Shown here one piece after another: positions 8,377 through 17,202 of a stretch of 29,118 nucleotides of DNA; the first letter of the stretch is position 1; each line of letters begins with the position of its first letter. This DNA comes from a virus. Taxonomy: Duplodnaviria; Caudoviricetes. The stretch covers positions 1 through 29,118 of the IMG/VR virus record IMGVR_UViG_3300044841_000106; one strand, given 5' to 3'. The notes under the pieces are model-generated. The model had not been told where the DNA came from. It did no database searches and saw nothing but the letters and a program-made list of their open reading frames with translations. Made by a program: the position numbers and the translations under genes.

Positions 8377-9246
8377 ATTTCTAACACCATCGTTTATCAG
8401 GAGGAGTGGGAGGACAAATTCCAGGAGCGCCTGGACCATCCCACCAACTGGAAGGAGATATGCCGGGTTGACTACACCGACACCAAGGTGCTGCACAATC
8501 CGTACATGTCCACGGTCCCTGCCGTTCAGAATGGCACCCGCGGCACGGCATACTCATTCCAGGATTTCGCCCTTACGGACGAAAACGTAACGATCGACAC
8601 CTACAAGGAGTTGCCGATCTACATAGATGATGCTGACCTTGCACAGAGCGACTTCGTCAAGCAGATGGAGTTGGCCGAGATGCAGGGTACGCTCGTCAGC
8701 GAGACCCTTGAGGCAGCCATGCTTGCCTCTCACGCCGCGTGGACCAATGTTGGCGATAGCTCAGGCACCATCACCTCTGGCATCACAACCGCCATCACGG
8801 TGAGTCCGAGCAATATCGATGACATTATCCGTGGCGTGAAGCGCATTATCCGTAAGGCGAACGGCTCGAAGAAGGCAGGCCGCAATGGCATCTTCTTCAT
8901 CTGGCGCCCTGAGGACTTCGAGATTCTCGAAGGCTTCGTGCAGGCCAACGGCTTCACCACGGCCGATGCGGCGCTCAAGAACGGCACGGAAGCGGGCATG
9001 CCCTACATGGGCGCGTTCCACTACATGTCGAACGACCACACGGCCGGCCACGTCTTCGCAGGCGTGCGCAAGCTGTTCAACCTGGGCATCTGCAAGTCTA
9101 CCTACGGCAAGATTACCAAGATCGTTCACCCTGCAGGGTCGAGCGGCGGCAATCTTTCCGGCACCGGCATGCACACCCGCGTCGATTACAAGTTCAAAGC
9201 TTGGAACAACGACGCAGCCCTGCTGTACGACCTCAACGTCGCATAG
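8377..9246 (+). CDS. Major capsid protein (HK97 fold, P22-coat-like), probable ATT start, 289 aa
   Basis: Frame open from 8341; ATT TCT AAC ACC ATC gives (M)SNTIVYQEEWEDKFQERL, 37 codons before the ORF-track GTG 8488; position after scaffold. Confidence 0.85.
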   Translation: MSNTIVYQEEWEDKFQERLDHPTNWKEICRVDYTDTKVLHNPYMSTVPAVQNGTRGTAYSFQDFALTDENVTIDTYKELPIYIDDADLAQSDFVKQMELAEMQGTLVSETLEAAMLASHAAWTNVGDSSGTITSGITTAITVSPSNIDDIIRGVKRIIRKANGSKKAGRNGIFFIWRPEDFEILEGFVQANGFTTADAALKNGTEAGMPYMGAFHYMSNDHTAGHVFAGVRKLFNLGICKSTYGKITKIVHPAGSSGGNLSGTGMHTRVDYKFKAWNNDAALLYDLNVA

Positions 9247-9296
9247 TTGTTCTCTCCCTCAGCCTCTCAGTGCCCTGCGAGGTTGGGATGAGCAAA
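9247..9296 (+). other. Long imperfect hairpin after capsid stop (partial terminator or processing site)
   Basis: TTGTTC/GAGCAA, TCCC/GGGA, AGCCTC/GAGGTT, CAG/CTG nested pairs; no U tract. Confidence 0.5.
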
Positions 9297-9304
9297 TAAC
9301 ACAT

Positions 9305-9649
9305 ATGCCAGACCAACTCTCACCAGAATCCGCAGATGCCATACACAAGGCCAAGAACGCCGCCCAAGCGGTAGAAATGGCCCGTGAAGCGCAGGTGCAG
9401 GAGGCCCTCAGTAAGTTTGCCGACCAGAACAACAAGCAGCTTCTCAGCATCCTCAAAGAAGTGTTCGGAGAAAGTGACGCTGAAAACCCGAAGGAAATGA
9501 AGATACTTGTTCGGCGCATCCCCATCCTCTGCACCAACATCGAGAACATGCACAAGGCCATCGAGGAAATGCGGGCGAACCAGTCTTGGGTGATTAAGCT
9601 GATTATTGGTGCCGTAATAGCGGCGGTTATGGCCGTTGTACTCAAATGA
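9305..9649 (+). CDS. Coiled-coil protein with C-terminal TM helix (XhlA-like architecture)
   Basis: Start ATG 9305; WVIKLIIGAVIAAVMAVVLK tail; ATGA overlap with next gene. Confidence 0.75.
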   Translation: MPDQLSPESADAIHKAKNAAQAVEMAREAQVQEALSKFADQNNKQLLSILKEVFGESDAENPKEMKILVRRIPILCTNIENMHKAIEEMRANQSWVIKLIIGAVIAAVMAVVLK

Positions 9650-10389
9650 GTATCCCATTTAACGACACCACCAACTTCCGAGGCATCGTCCAGCAATACG
9701 AGAAGGAGATTGGCGCGAACCAAGGCCAGATTTCAGGCGATACACAGAAGCTCAAGGAGTTCACGGCAGACGTGAACTTGGCCTTTGACGACTTCCTGAA
9801 TATCGCCATCCCCGCCAGCGGCACCTATCAATATGACGACAGCAACCACACCGACTACCCGTTCATCAAGACTAACATTGTCTCAGGACAGCGCGATTAT
9901 CCGTTCCTTCAGGACGAGAACGGCAACGGCATCCTCGACATCTACAAGGTGGCGATTCTCACGTCAGCCACGGGCACTCAATATCAGGAGCTGACCCCTG
10001 TAGACACCCAGAGCGAGCCCAATCTCGCGGCCACCTTCAACAGCTCAGTTACGGGGATCCCCGGCGCCTACGACAAGACCGGAAATGGCATCGTCTTTGA
10101 CGTGATACCGAGCTACAGTGCGACCTTGGGCCTGTTGCTCTATATCAACCGCGAGGCATCCTACTTCACCTCGACAGACACGACCAAGAAGCCGGGCGTA
10201 CCGGGCATCTTCCATCGTTGGTTCGCCATCCGCCCCGCCGAGGACTACGCCCGCCGCAACAACCTCACCAACTACCCCTTGCTACGCGCCGAACGCCTTC
10301 AGATGGAGAAGGACATCGCCGCGTACTTCGGCAGGAGGGAGCGTGACGTGCGACACATTATCAAACCTAAAGGAATCTCATTCCGTTAA
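9646..10389 (+). CDS. Putative head-tail adaptor
   Basis: 247 aa after capsid; PGIFHRWFAIRPAEDYA-type C-terminal helix; position. Confidence 0.65.
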   Translation: MSIPFNDTTNFRGIVQQYEKEIGANQGQISGDTQKLKEFTADVNLAFDDFLNIAIPASGTYQYDDSNHTDYPFIKTNIVSGQRDYPFLQDENGNGILDIYKVAILTSATGTQYQELTPVDTQSEPNLAATFNSSVTGIPGAYDKTGNGIVFDVIPSYSATLGLLLYINREASYFTSTDTTKKPGVPGIFHRWFAIRPAEDYARRNNLTNYPLLRAERLQMEKDIAAYFGRRERDVRHIIKPKGISFR

Positions 10390-10392
10390 TAT

Positions 10393-10815
10393 ATGGCAAG
10401 CCTAATTTTCAACGACACAAAAGAATCGCTCATGAAGGGTCTCATCGACCTGAGCAGTGACACTATCAAGATTGCTTTGGTTACCAGTTCCTACACTCCC
10501 GACCAGGACGCGCACGACTTCTTTGACGATGTAACGAATGAGGTTGTCGGCACGGGCTATACCGCAGGCGGAGCGACACTCGCCTCAAAGACCGTCACCC
10601 AGGACAACACGAACAATTGGGCGGTGTTTGACGCGGCCGATCCATCGTGGGCCGCTTCGACCCTCGTGGCGCGCGGCGCGGTCATCTACAAATCGACCGG
10701 CACAGCCAGCACCTCACGGCTCGTCTGCTACATCGACTTCGGACAGGATTACACGTCGTCCAGTGGCACCCTTTCAATCGTTTTTAGCGCTTCCGGCATC
10801 CTCACCCTTGCCTAA
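10393..10815 (+). CDS. Conserved phage virion/tail protein
   Basis: IDLSSDTIKIALV...NEVVGTGYTAGG...FDAADPSW pattern common in tail modules. Confidence 0.75.
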   Translation: MASLIFNDTKESLMKGLIDLSSDTIKIALVTSSYTPDQDAHDFFDDVTNEVVGTGYTAGGATLASKTVTQDNTNNWAVFDAADPSWAASTLVARGAVIYKSTGTASTSRLVCYIDFGQDYTSSSGTLSIVFSASGILTLA

Positions 10816-10818
10816 ACT

Positions 10819-11661
10819 ATGGCCGTTCCCACCTTCCCAACCGTAGCGACGACAGCGGCAGGCTCTAACTTGTCTGCCGATAACGTAACGTGTACCGCTC
10901 CGGCTTCGATCGCGATCGGGGATTTGCTCTTTGCGCACGTTCAAGGGACAGCGGGAGCCATCAACACGCCTTCGGGCTGGACGCAGATAGCGCAGAAAAC
11001 AGCCCCCATTTGTGCGGTATTTTACAGAACTGCCGATGCAGGAGATGTAGCGGCCTCATCTTACATGTTCACAGCCACTTCTAACGCTGGCAACATGTCG
11101 GCCTCAATGGCCCGCGTCACCAATCCCAAAGCCTCATCGCCCGTTACACAGTCCAACTCCGCACAGGGGATTGGCACTACGGTTACGGTTTCGACCGTCA
11201 CGCCGAGCAACGCCAACAGCCTTTTGCTTTTTTTCCTGTCAACAGCGACTTCCGGCATTACGTTTTCAGCCGAAGCAGTTGCAACCTCAAACCCGTCCTG
11301 GACGGAGAAATACGATGCTGCGGGAACGACTGGCATCTCGCAGACCCTCGCTATAGCGAACCGCCCTGAATCCACCGCAACAGGCAACTGGACGGCTACG
11401 GCCTCAAGCTCCGCGACATGGGGAGGCATCGTGGTAATAGTCGCTCCAATTCCCGATGCTACGCACACAGTCGCGGCTGCCCTCTCAATGGCTATGAGCC
11501 AGTACGCCTCGACCATCACCACGAACTCAAACGTGCCGGTCGCCGCAGTACCGCTTTCAGGCGTCGTCCCCGCTCCAGTCATAGGGCATCAAGAGTACCC
11601 CGCCTTCACCAATCCCGATAAGAGCGCCCCAAGCTGGACCAACACCCCCAAAACATCATGA
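10819..11661 (+). CDS. Virion/fibre-associated beta-rich protein
   Basis: Ala/Thr/Ser-rich; GDLLFAHV...TPSGWTQI motif. Confidence 0.7.
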   Translation: MAVPTFPTVATTAAGSNLSADNVTCTAPASIAIGDLLFAHVQGTAGAINTPSGWTQIAQKTAPICAVFYRTADAGDVAASSYMFTATSNAGNMSASMARVTNPKASSPVTQSNSAQGIGTTVTVSTVTPSNANSLLLFFLSTATSGITFSAEAVATSNPSWTEKYDAAGTTGISQTLAIANRPESTATGNWTATASSSATWGGIVVIVAPIPDATHTVAAALSMAMSQYASTITTNSNVPVAAVPLSGVVPAPVIGHQEYPAFTNPDKSAPSWTNTPKTS

Positions 11662-11933
11662 CCCACCAAGAACTTGAAAACAAAGTGCTCGCCTTGGAGA
11701 AGCAGCTTGCATCTCAGAAGAACACCACGACCATCCTGCTTGAGCTTGAGCGCGCCCTGCGCCACCGGCTCAAAGTGCTGACCGGCGCAGGTGCATCAGG
11801 CGTTTACAGCGGCATCACCCACTCCCAATCCCTCTCAGGAAACCCGCAGTCCATAGACGTGCTGGACACGCCCGATGGCTACATTCCGATTCTGTTCGAG
11901 AACGCGGTTAGGAAGGTGGCGTTTTGGAATTAG
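11658..11933 (+). CDS. Small virion-module protein with N-terminal coiled coil
   Basis: ATGA coupled; 91 aa. Confidence 0.7.
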   Translation: MTHQELENKVLALEKQLASQKNTTTILLELERALRHRLKVLTGAGASGVYSGITHSQSLSGNPQSIDVLDTPDGYIPILFENAVRKVAFWN

Positions 11934-11936
11934 CTT

Positions 11937-13691
11937 ATGTTCAACATCCCCCAAGACAAGCGATGGACGCAGCCGAACAACTCGGATGTTTTCGGAGCGC
12001 TCTGGTCATCCTTCAACCTCGACCTCACAAGTGTACTCGGCAAGCTCCGTATCTCGCCCCGTTTCATCCGAGCGACCCACACAGGCGACTTTTCTAAGCC
12101 CGTCGTGGCGGTTGAGAATATAAACGACCTCAATCTCTTTGTAGGCCCCAGCAACTTCGTTTGGAACGCAGTCTCTACCGACCTTGAGCTGACCGGCACC
12201 ATTGCCAGCGATACCGCCTCATCAGGACATCCAACGGGTTTAGATGCAGACTACTCCGATGCAGCCGCCTTCAATAACGCGGTCTACATCAGCAACAACA
12301 CGACCACGCTTCATAAGACTGCCAACGGCACCAGCTACGCCCCTATTTCCGCCACATCGACCACGGGCAACAAGCCAAAGATGCTCTGCCCATACGGCGC
12401 ACGGCTGTACTCTTCTCAAGACGCGAAGATGTTTTCCTTGGACACTTCTGACGTGGTTCAGACCGATACCACCCAAGACTACGCGATAAATCTCAATTCA
12501 ACAGGTGCGGTCATTACCCGTCCCCGTCCCACAACGACAGGCATCTGGATTCCAACAGTCAATACGTTCGGCGGGCCGGGCCATGTGTTCTTTTGGAACG
12601 GTGTAGACCATTCGGTAGCCCAGGACTTCATCCTTGAAAGCTCAGGCGCGTTAGCTCTCGTCATTAAGGACGACGTGCCGTGGATTTTAGATACTGAAGG
12701 CCGCCTGCTTCAATTCAACGGAGGCTCGTTCGTTGAACGTGCCCGGCTCCCCATCGAGCGTAAGTACCTCTACAATGCGACCAGCCCTATAAACGATCGC
12801 TTCATCCACCCCAACGGGATGACGATAGACAACGGCCGCATTCAGATACTCGTAGACACGCGCTATGCGGCGAACGGCAATCCCCAAGAAGAACGAGCGC
12901 CCGCAGGCATCTGGGAATTTGATGAGAACATCGGCTTCTACCACAAGGCATCCTTGAGTTACTACAAGTACGCCTCTGGCGCGATTGGGGACTACGGCCA
13001 ACAGCGCCTTACCCGTGTCGGGCTGCTCAAGCACGTAAGCAGCGCCTCGGCGGCGGTTGGTGACAAGGGAAACACCTTTGCCTCAGCCGCGTACAACAAC
13101 GGCAACATGGTCGCATCGGCCGCCGAGCTGTGGTTTGACGAGACCACGGACGCGGTACAAAAGCACGGCCACTTCGTAACCCAATGGCTGACCTCAGGAG
13201 GGATTACGGACTTCTGGCAGGATGTAGTCGTGCGATTCCGCAAGATGCTCTCAGCTACCGACAAGATAACGGTCAAGTACCGCACCTCAGAGGACGCGCC
13301 GGTCTACGCAACCTTCACATGGGACAACACGCATCAGCTTACGACCGTAACCAACGTGGCCGCCTACGTTGGAGCCGAGATTGAATTCATCGCCGGCTCC
13401 GCCGCTGGCATGTGTGCTCACATCAGCGCAGTCTCAGGTGCGGGACCTTACACAATTACGCTCGACCAGGACATGACGCTCAACACGACCGATTATATAC
13501 AGCCGACTTCCTATGCTAAAATTCAGACATGGAAGAACGTATCCTCCTTCAACGAAGTGACGCAGCAGTTCAAATCGCTGGCGCTCGGCGTTATGGATAC
13601 GAAGATTCAGCTCAAGGTGTGCTTCACGGCGACAGGGCGCAACGAGATAGACGATGTTTTATTAATAAACGCCCCGCAGAAGCGCACCTAA
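11937..13691 (+). CDS. Putative tail nozzle / DNA-stabilisation protein (P22 gp10-like position)
   Basis: 584 aa, beta-strand-rich, between adaptor and ejection-type genes. Confidence 0.65.
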   Translation: MFNIPQDKRWTQPNNSDVFGALWSSFNLDLTSVLGKLRISPRFIRATHTGDFSKPVVAVENINDLNLFVGPSNFVWNAVSTDLELTGTIASDTASSGHPTGLDADYSDAAAFNNAVYISNNTTTLHKTANGTSYAPISATSTTGNKPKMLCPYGARLYSSQDAKMFSLDTSDVVQTDTTQDYAINLNSTGAVITRPRPTTTGIWIPTVNTFGGPGHVFFWNGVDHSVAQDFILESSGALALVIKDDVPWILDTEGRLLQFNGGSFVERARLPIERKYLYNATSPINDRFIHPNGMTIDNGRIQILVDTRYAANGNPQEERAPAGIWEFDENIGFYHKASLSYYKYASGAIGDYGQQRLTRVGLLKHVSSASAAVGDKGNTFASAAYNNGNMVASAAELWFDETTDAVQKHGHFVTQWLTSGGITDFWQDVVVRFRKMLSATDKITVKYRTSEDAPVYATFTWDNTHQLTTVTNVAAYVGAEIEFIAGSAAGMCAHISAVSGAGPYTITLDQDMTLNTTDYIQPTSYAKIQTWKNVSSFNEVTQQFKSLALGVMDTKIQLKVCFTATGRNEIDDVLLINAPQKRT

Positions 13692-13692
13692 C

Positions 13693-14967
13693 ATGGATAC
13701 CCCACTCCTAGACACTCCGCGAGGCGTAGGCGGCAAAATCGACCGCAACACTGGCAAACTCCTTACAACTCCCCCAGCGTCCACAACGCTAACTTCTGCC
13801 TCGCTTACGCCGACCCCGTATTTCAACATCACGCCTCCCAAGCCTTCTACGGCCGCAGAGGGCTTCCAAGGCTACATGGGCGCTACTGCTACGCAGGTGG
13901 CGCAGGAGAAGGCACGGGCCGATGCTTCACAGAGCGACGTGTTCACCTCAATGCTCAAGTCGGACACTACCAACGGTCTGACCGACAAGCTCTATGCCGA
14001 CAGTGTAGACCCCGCGAAAGTCGAGCTGACCGACATCAACAACAAGCTAGTGGCTTCCCAGCACGCCCAGCAGCGCGAACTTGAAGCGTTGGGCTCGCAA
14101 GGCGCGCTCACCCCCGCACAAAAGAACGCACAGACGGACGCTATAAACCGCAAATACATTTCAGAGCAAGCCGACCTCTCCATTATGCAGATGGCGAAGC
14201 AGGGCAAGTACTCCGATGCAAAAGAGATAGCTGACCGCGCCGTAACCGCCCTTATGGAGAAGCAGAAGAATCAAAACGCGGCGCTCATGTTCAACTACGA
14301 GGAAAACATAAAGCTGTTCAACAAAGACGAACAGCATTTGTTCGAGGCCTCGCAGGCAGAGCGCAACCGTACCCTTGAGAACGAGGAGTACCGCTTGCGC
14401 GCTCAGTTCGATCAGAAGATTAAGCAGAGCGATCCCCAGTACCAAGCCCAGCTCGCTGCTACCTACGCTCTAGCAAACCAACGCAACGGCACGGGGGCAG
14501 GTGGTACTGCAAACGTGAAGCTCACCCCCACGCAACAGAAATCAGTGAGCGACATTGACGGCGTAACAAATTCGATTGACCAGATAAACCAGCTCGGCAA
14601 CCAGATAGGCTGGAGCGGCATCGGAGGATTTGGACAAGGCTCCATGAAGCAATTTCTTGCCAAGAATCTTGGGCAGGGAAGCACGGAGGAAGAGCAACTA
14701 CGCAATTACATCGGTAATCTGAAGGGTACTATCGCCCTCGCACGCGGCGGCACCAGTTTTACCTCCAACGAACAGGCACTCTTGGAGAGCTACACCCCAA
14801 CTATCAACGACTCGCCGCTTGTCATTCAGTCGAAGCTCTCTTCGCTTCAAAACCTCTTCAATGGCAAGCGCGAGTCGATTCTCACGCTTGCCGGAGGCAA
14901 CTCAGCCGCGCCCACAAACACCCCCACCTCCGCCGCCAATGATTTGAGGGCCAAATATAACTACTGA
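13693..14967 (+). CDS. Putative internal virion/ejection protein
   Basis: 424 aa, Gln/Ala-rich helical, no Cys, follows nozzle. Confidence 0.65.
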   Translation: MDTPLLDTPRGVGGKIDRNTGKLLTTPPASTTLTSASLTPTPYFNITPPKPSTAAEGFQGYMGATATQVAQEKARADASQSDVFTSMLKSDTTNGLTDKLYADSVDPAKVELTDINNKLVASQHAQQRELEALGSQGALTPAQKNAQTDAINRKYISEQADLSIMQMAKQGKYSDAKEIADRAVTALMEKQKNQNAALMFNYEENIKLFNKDEQHLFEASQAERNRTLENEEYRLRAQFDQKIKQSDPQYQAQLAATYALANQRNGTGAGGTANVKLTPTQQKSVSDIDGVTNSIDQINQLGNQIGWSGIGGFGQGSMKQFLAKNLGQGSTEEEQLRNYIGNLKGTIALARGGTSFTSNEQALLESYTPTINDSPLVIQSKLSSLQNLFNGKRESILTLAGGNSAAPTNTPTSAANDLRAKYNY

Positions 14968-14968
14968 C

Positions 14969-16390
14969 ATGCTTCCTGAAGATAAACGCCAACAACTAGA
15001 CGGCATCGTTCAAAAGATGGTGGCCTCGAAAGAGACGGATTCAAATATCCGCTTCGTCGTTGACGACTTCAAAAAAAAATACTCAGTTGCATCCACGCCC
15101 ACTCCAGACAATCGCGGGTTTCTCGAAAAAACAACAGATGTAATCAAACACTCTCCCTTAGGGATTGTAGCTCCTCTCGGAGAAGCAGTAGGTCGATCTA
15201 TTGGAGCGATAGGAGAGAGTATCAAAACGCACAGTCTTGACCCGCTGCTTAATGCTGGCGAGCAGAACAATGCCAACTATGGGAAGGTTGTGGGAAGCGC
15301 CGTAGGTAGCGCCGCACTCCCCGCGTCACTTGCAGTTGGAGGTGGCGCAACTATTGCGGCTAACGCAGCCAGGTTCGGCGGCATGGCAGCGGTTTCTGGA
15401 GGAGCCGAATCTCTGGGCCAAGGAAACGATCTTAAGACAGCGGCCATCGACTCCTTCAAGTCTGGCCTCACGGGCGCTGCCGTAGGTGTAGCAACCAAAG
15501 TCGCATCCAACGCCATCCAGAAGGTAGCAAGTAAGGCCCCTGAGAGCTTGTACAACAACAGCCTCAAGGTTCTTCAGAAGATAAAGACCGCTGGCAAATC
15601 TCCCTCAGATTTTCTGCACAAGGAAGGCGTGTGGGGTAATCTTGGAGCGTTCAAGAAAGCCGCAACGGAAGGCATGGCCGCTGAGAATGCCGTCATCAAA
15701 CAGGCGGCTGCAAATGCTAAAGGTGGCTTGCGGTATGAGGAGATTGGCGGGGCAGCGATCAAGAAGCTCCAACAAGACCTAGGAGATTTGTACACACCAC
15801 AGCAGATTCGACAGCTCGTTGAGAAGGTGCCTGTTGCCAGGCTTTCAAGTTCAAAGGGAGTTGTCCCGTGGGTAGATGCCGATGGCATCAGATCATCTCT
15901 CGGTACGCTCATAGGAGATTCAAAATGGCTGACGACTACGCCGAGCGAACAGACGAAAGCAGCACAGGCCGTATATGGCGCACTTTCAGATGCGATTAAG
16001 AAAGCGACTGGCACAACAGAAAACTTTGCGCGGTATTCCAAGTGGATTCAAACGAATAAGATTGTTGATCGAGCACTTGGTCTAGCGGATAGCAAGTACG
16101 GTTACGGCCTCTACGATGCAATCTCAGGCACGGGCGGAGCAGTCGTTGGATTTGGCTCTGGCGACAGTGTAGGAGAACGTTTGAAGAATGCCGCAATCGG
16201 CGGGGTGACAGGAGTTGCTCTTGAACGTGGTGTAAACTCTCCCGCATTGAAAACGGCTACTGCGCAGGTTTTGTCTCACCTCGGTGACTTACCCACTGAC
16301 AGCTTAGGCCGCGTGAGCCGTGCCGCCGTGATTGACCTTATCGGCCGCTTGATGGCAACCACCCCAGCAGACCAACAAGAAGGCCAATGA
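14969..16390 (+). CDS. Putative internal virion/ejection protein
   Basis: 473 aa, Gly/Ala-rich hydrophobic stretches, no Cys. Confidence 0.65.
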   Translation: MLPEDKRQQLDGIVQKMVASKETDSNIRFVVDDFKKKYSVASTPTPDNRGFLEKTTDVIKHSPLGIVAPLGEAVGRSIGAIGESIKTHSLDPLLNAGEQNNANYGKVVGSAVGSAALPASLAVGGGATIAANAARFGGMAAVSGGAESLGQGNDLKTAAIDSFKSGLTGAAVGVATKVASNAIQKVASKAPESLYNNSLKVLQKIKTAGKSPSDFLHKEGVWGNLGAFKKAATEGMAAENAVIKQAAANAKGGLRYEEIGGAAIKKLQQDLGDLYTPQQIRQLVEKVPVARLSSSKGVVPWVDADGIRSSLGTLIGDSKWLTTTPSEQTKAAQAVYGALSDAIKKATGTTENFARYSKWIQTNKIVDRALGLADSKYGYGLYDAISGTGGAVVGFGSGDSVGERLKNAAIGGVTGVALERGVNSPALKTATAQVLSHLGDLPTDSLGRVSRAAVIDLIGRLMATTPADQQEGQ

Positions 16391-16415
16391 GGGCACCTGA
16401 AAGTAATACGTCCAT
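16338..16415 (-). CDS. Antisense 25-aa membrane peptide MDVLLSGALIGLLVGLLGWLPSSGR, not in ORF track
   Basis: Single TM helix; minus-strand extended -10 TGtTAGAGT (16433-16425) 9 nt before ATG. Confidence 0.5.
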   Translation of the reverse strand: MDVLLSGALIGLLVGLLGWLPSSGR

Positions 16416-16434
16416 AACGCCGCTACTCTAACAC

Positions 16435-17199
16435 ATGCAAAAAGAAAAACTACTTGAAGCGCTCCTCGCAGATTACCCCAAGGCCTCGCAGGTTGCGGCG
16501 TTTTTCAAGCAACTCCTTTCTGCCGTTCAGGAGACCCGCCGCGACCTCACGCAGAAGATAGATGCGAAGCTGGCCGCTATACGACAGCCAGAGGACGGCC
16601 ATACACCAACGGCGCAAGAACTGACGAAGCTCATCAAGCCTCTCATCCCCGCGCCCGTCAAAGGAGACAACGGCCACACCCCGACCACCCAAGAGCTTGT
16701 CGCCATCATCGAGCCGCTTATCCCCGACCCCATTCCAGGCGAGCCGGGAAGGAACGGGAAGGACGTAGACCCCGCGACCATCGAGGCGATGGAAGAACAA
16801 CTTGAGGACTTCGAGAAGCGCCTAAACGCAACCAAGCCAGGAACAGGAATATTCATCGGCCCCTCGCGCGGCATCTTCCTCTACATAGACGGAGTGAAGA
16901 AGGGCCTCATCAACAACGCCAACCTCAAAGCAGGCGTTGGTGTATCGCTGGCCTATTCCAAAGTGAACGGCCAAGACACCATCACCATCAACGCATCGGG
17001 CGGCGGCACCAGCGGCGTAACGGTCGAGACCCCCGCCGGCGCAGTAGACGCGAGCAACACGGTCTTTACCGTTTCGGCCGAGCCCAAATGGGTAGTGGCA
17101 GACGGTACGACCTACTATGACGGTGCCGGCTACACCTACGCAGCACTGACCGTAACGATGGACGTACCGCCGAGCGCAAGTATTCGTGCGATAATGTAA
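16435..17199 (+). CDS. Fibre-like virion protein with Pro-rich repeats and short Gly-X-Y stretch
   Basis: Two 25-aa repeats GHTPT.QEL...I.PLIP.P (starting 16597 and 16672); GEPGRNGKD. Confidence 0.75.
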   Translation: MQKEKLLEALLADYPKASQVAAFFKQLLSAVQETRRDLTQKIDAKLAAIRQPEDGHTPTAQELTKLIKPLIPAPVKGDNGHTPTTQELVAIIEPLIPDPIPGEPGRNGKDVDPATIEAMEEQLEDFEKRLNATKPGTGIFIGPSRGIFLYIDGVKKGLINNANLKAGVGVSLAYSKVNGQDTITINASGGGTSGVTVETPAGAVDASNTVFTVSAEPKWVVADGTTYYDGAGYTYAALTVTMDVPPSASIRAIM

Positions 17200-17202
17200 C
17201 CA

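Noticed and set aside
7763-9246. Scaffold-capsid fusion by stop-codon readthrough
   Set aside because: The genes are in different frames, the capsid frame has TGA at 8338-8340, and no slippery sequence was seen
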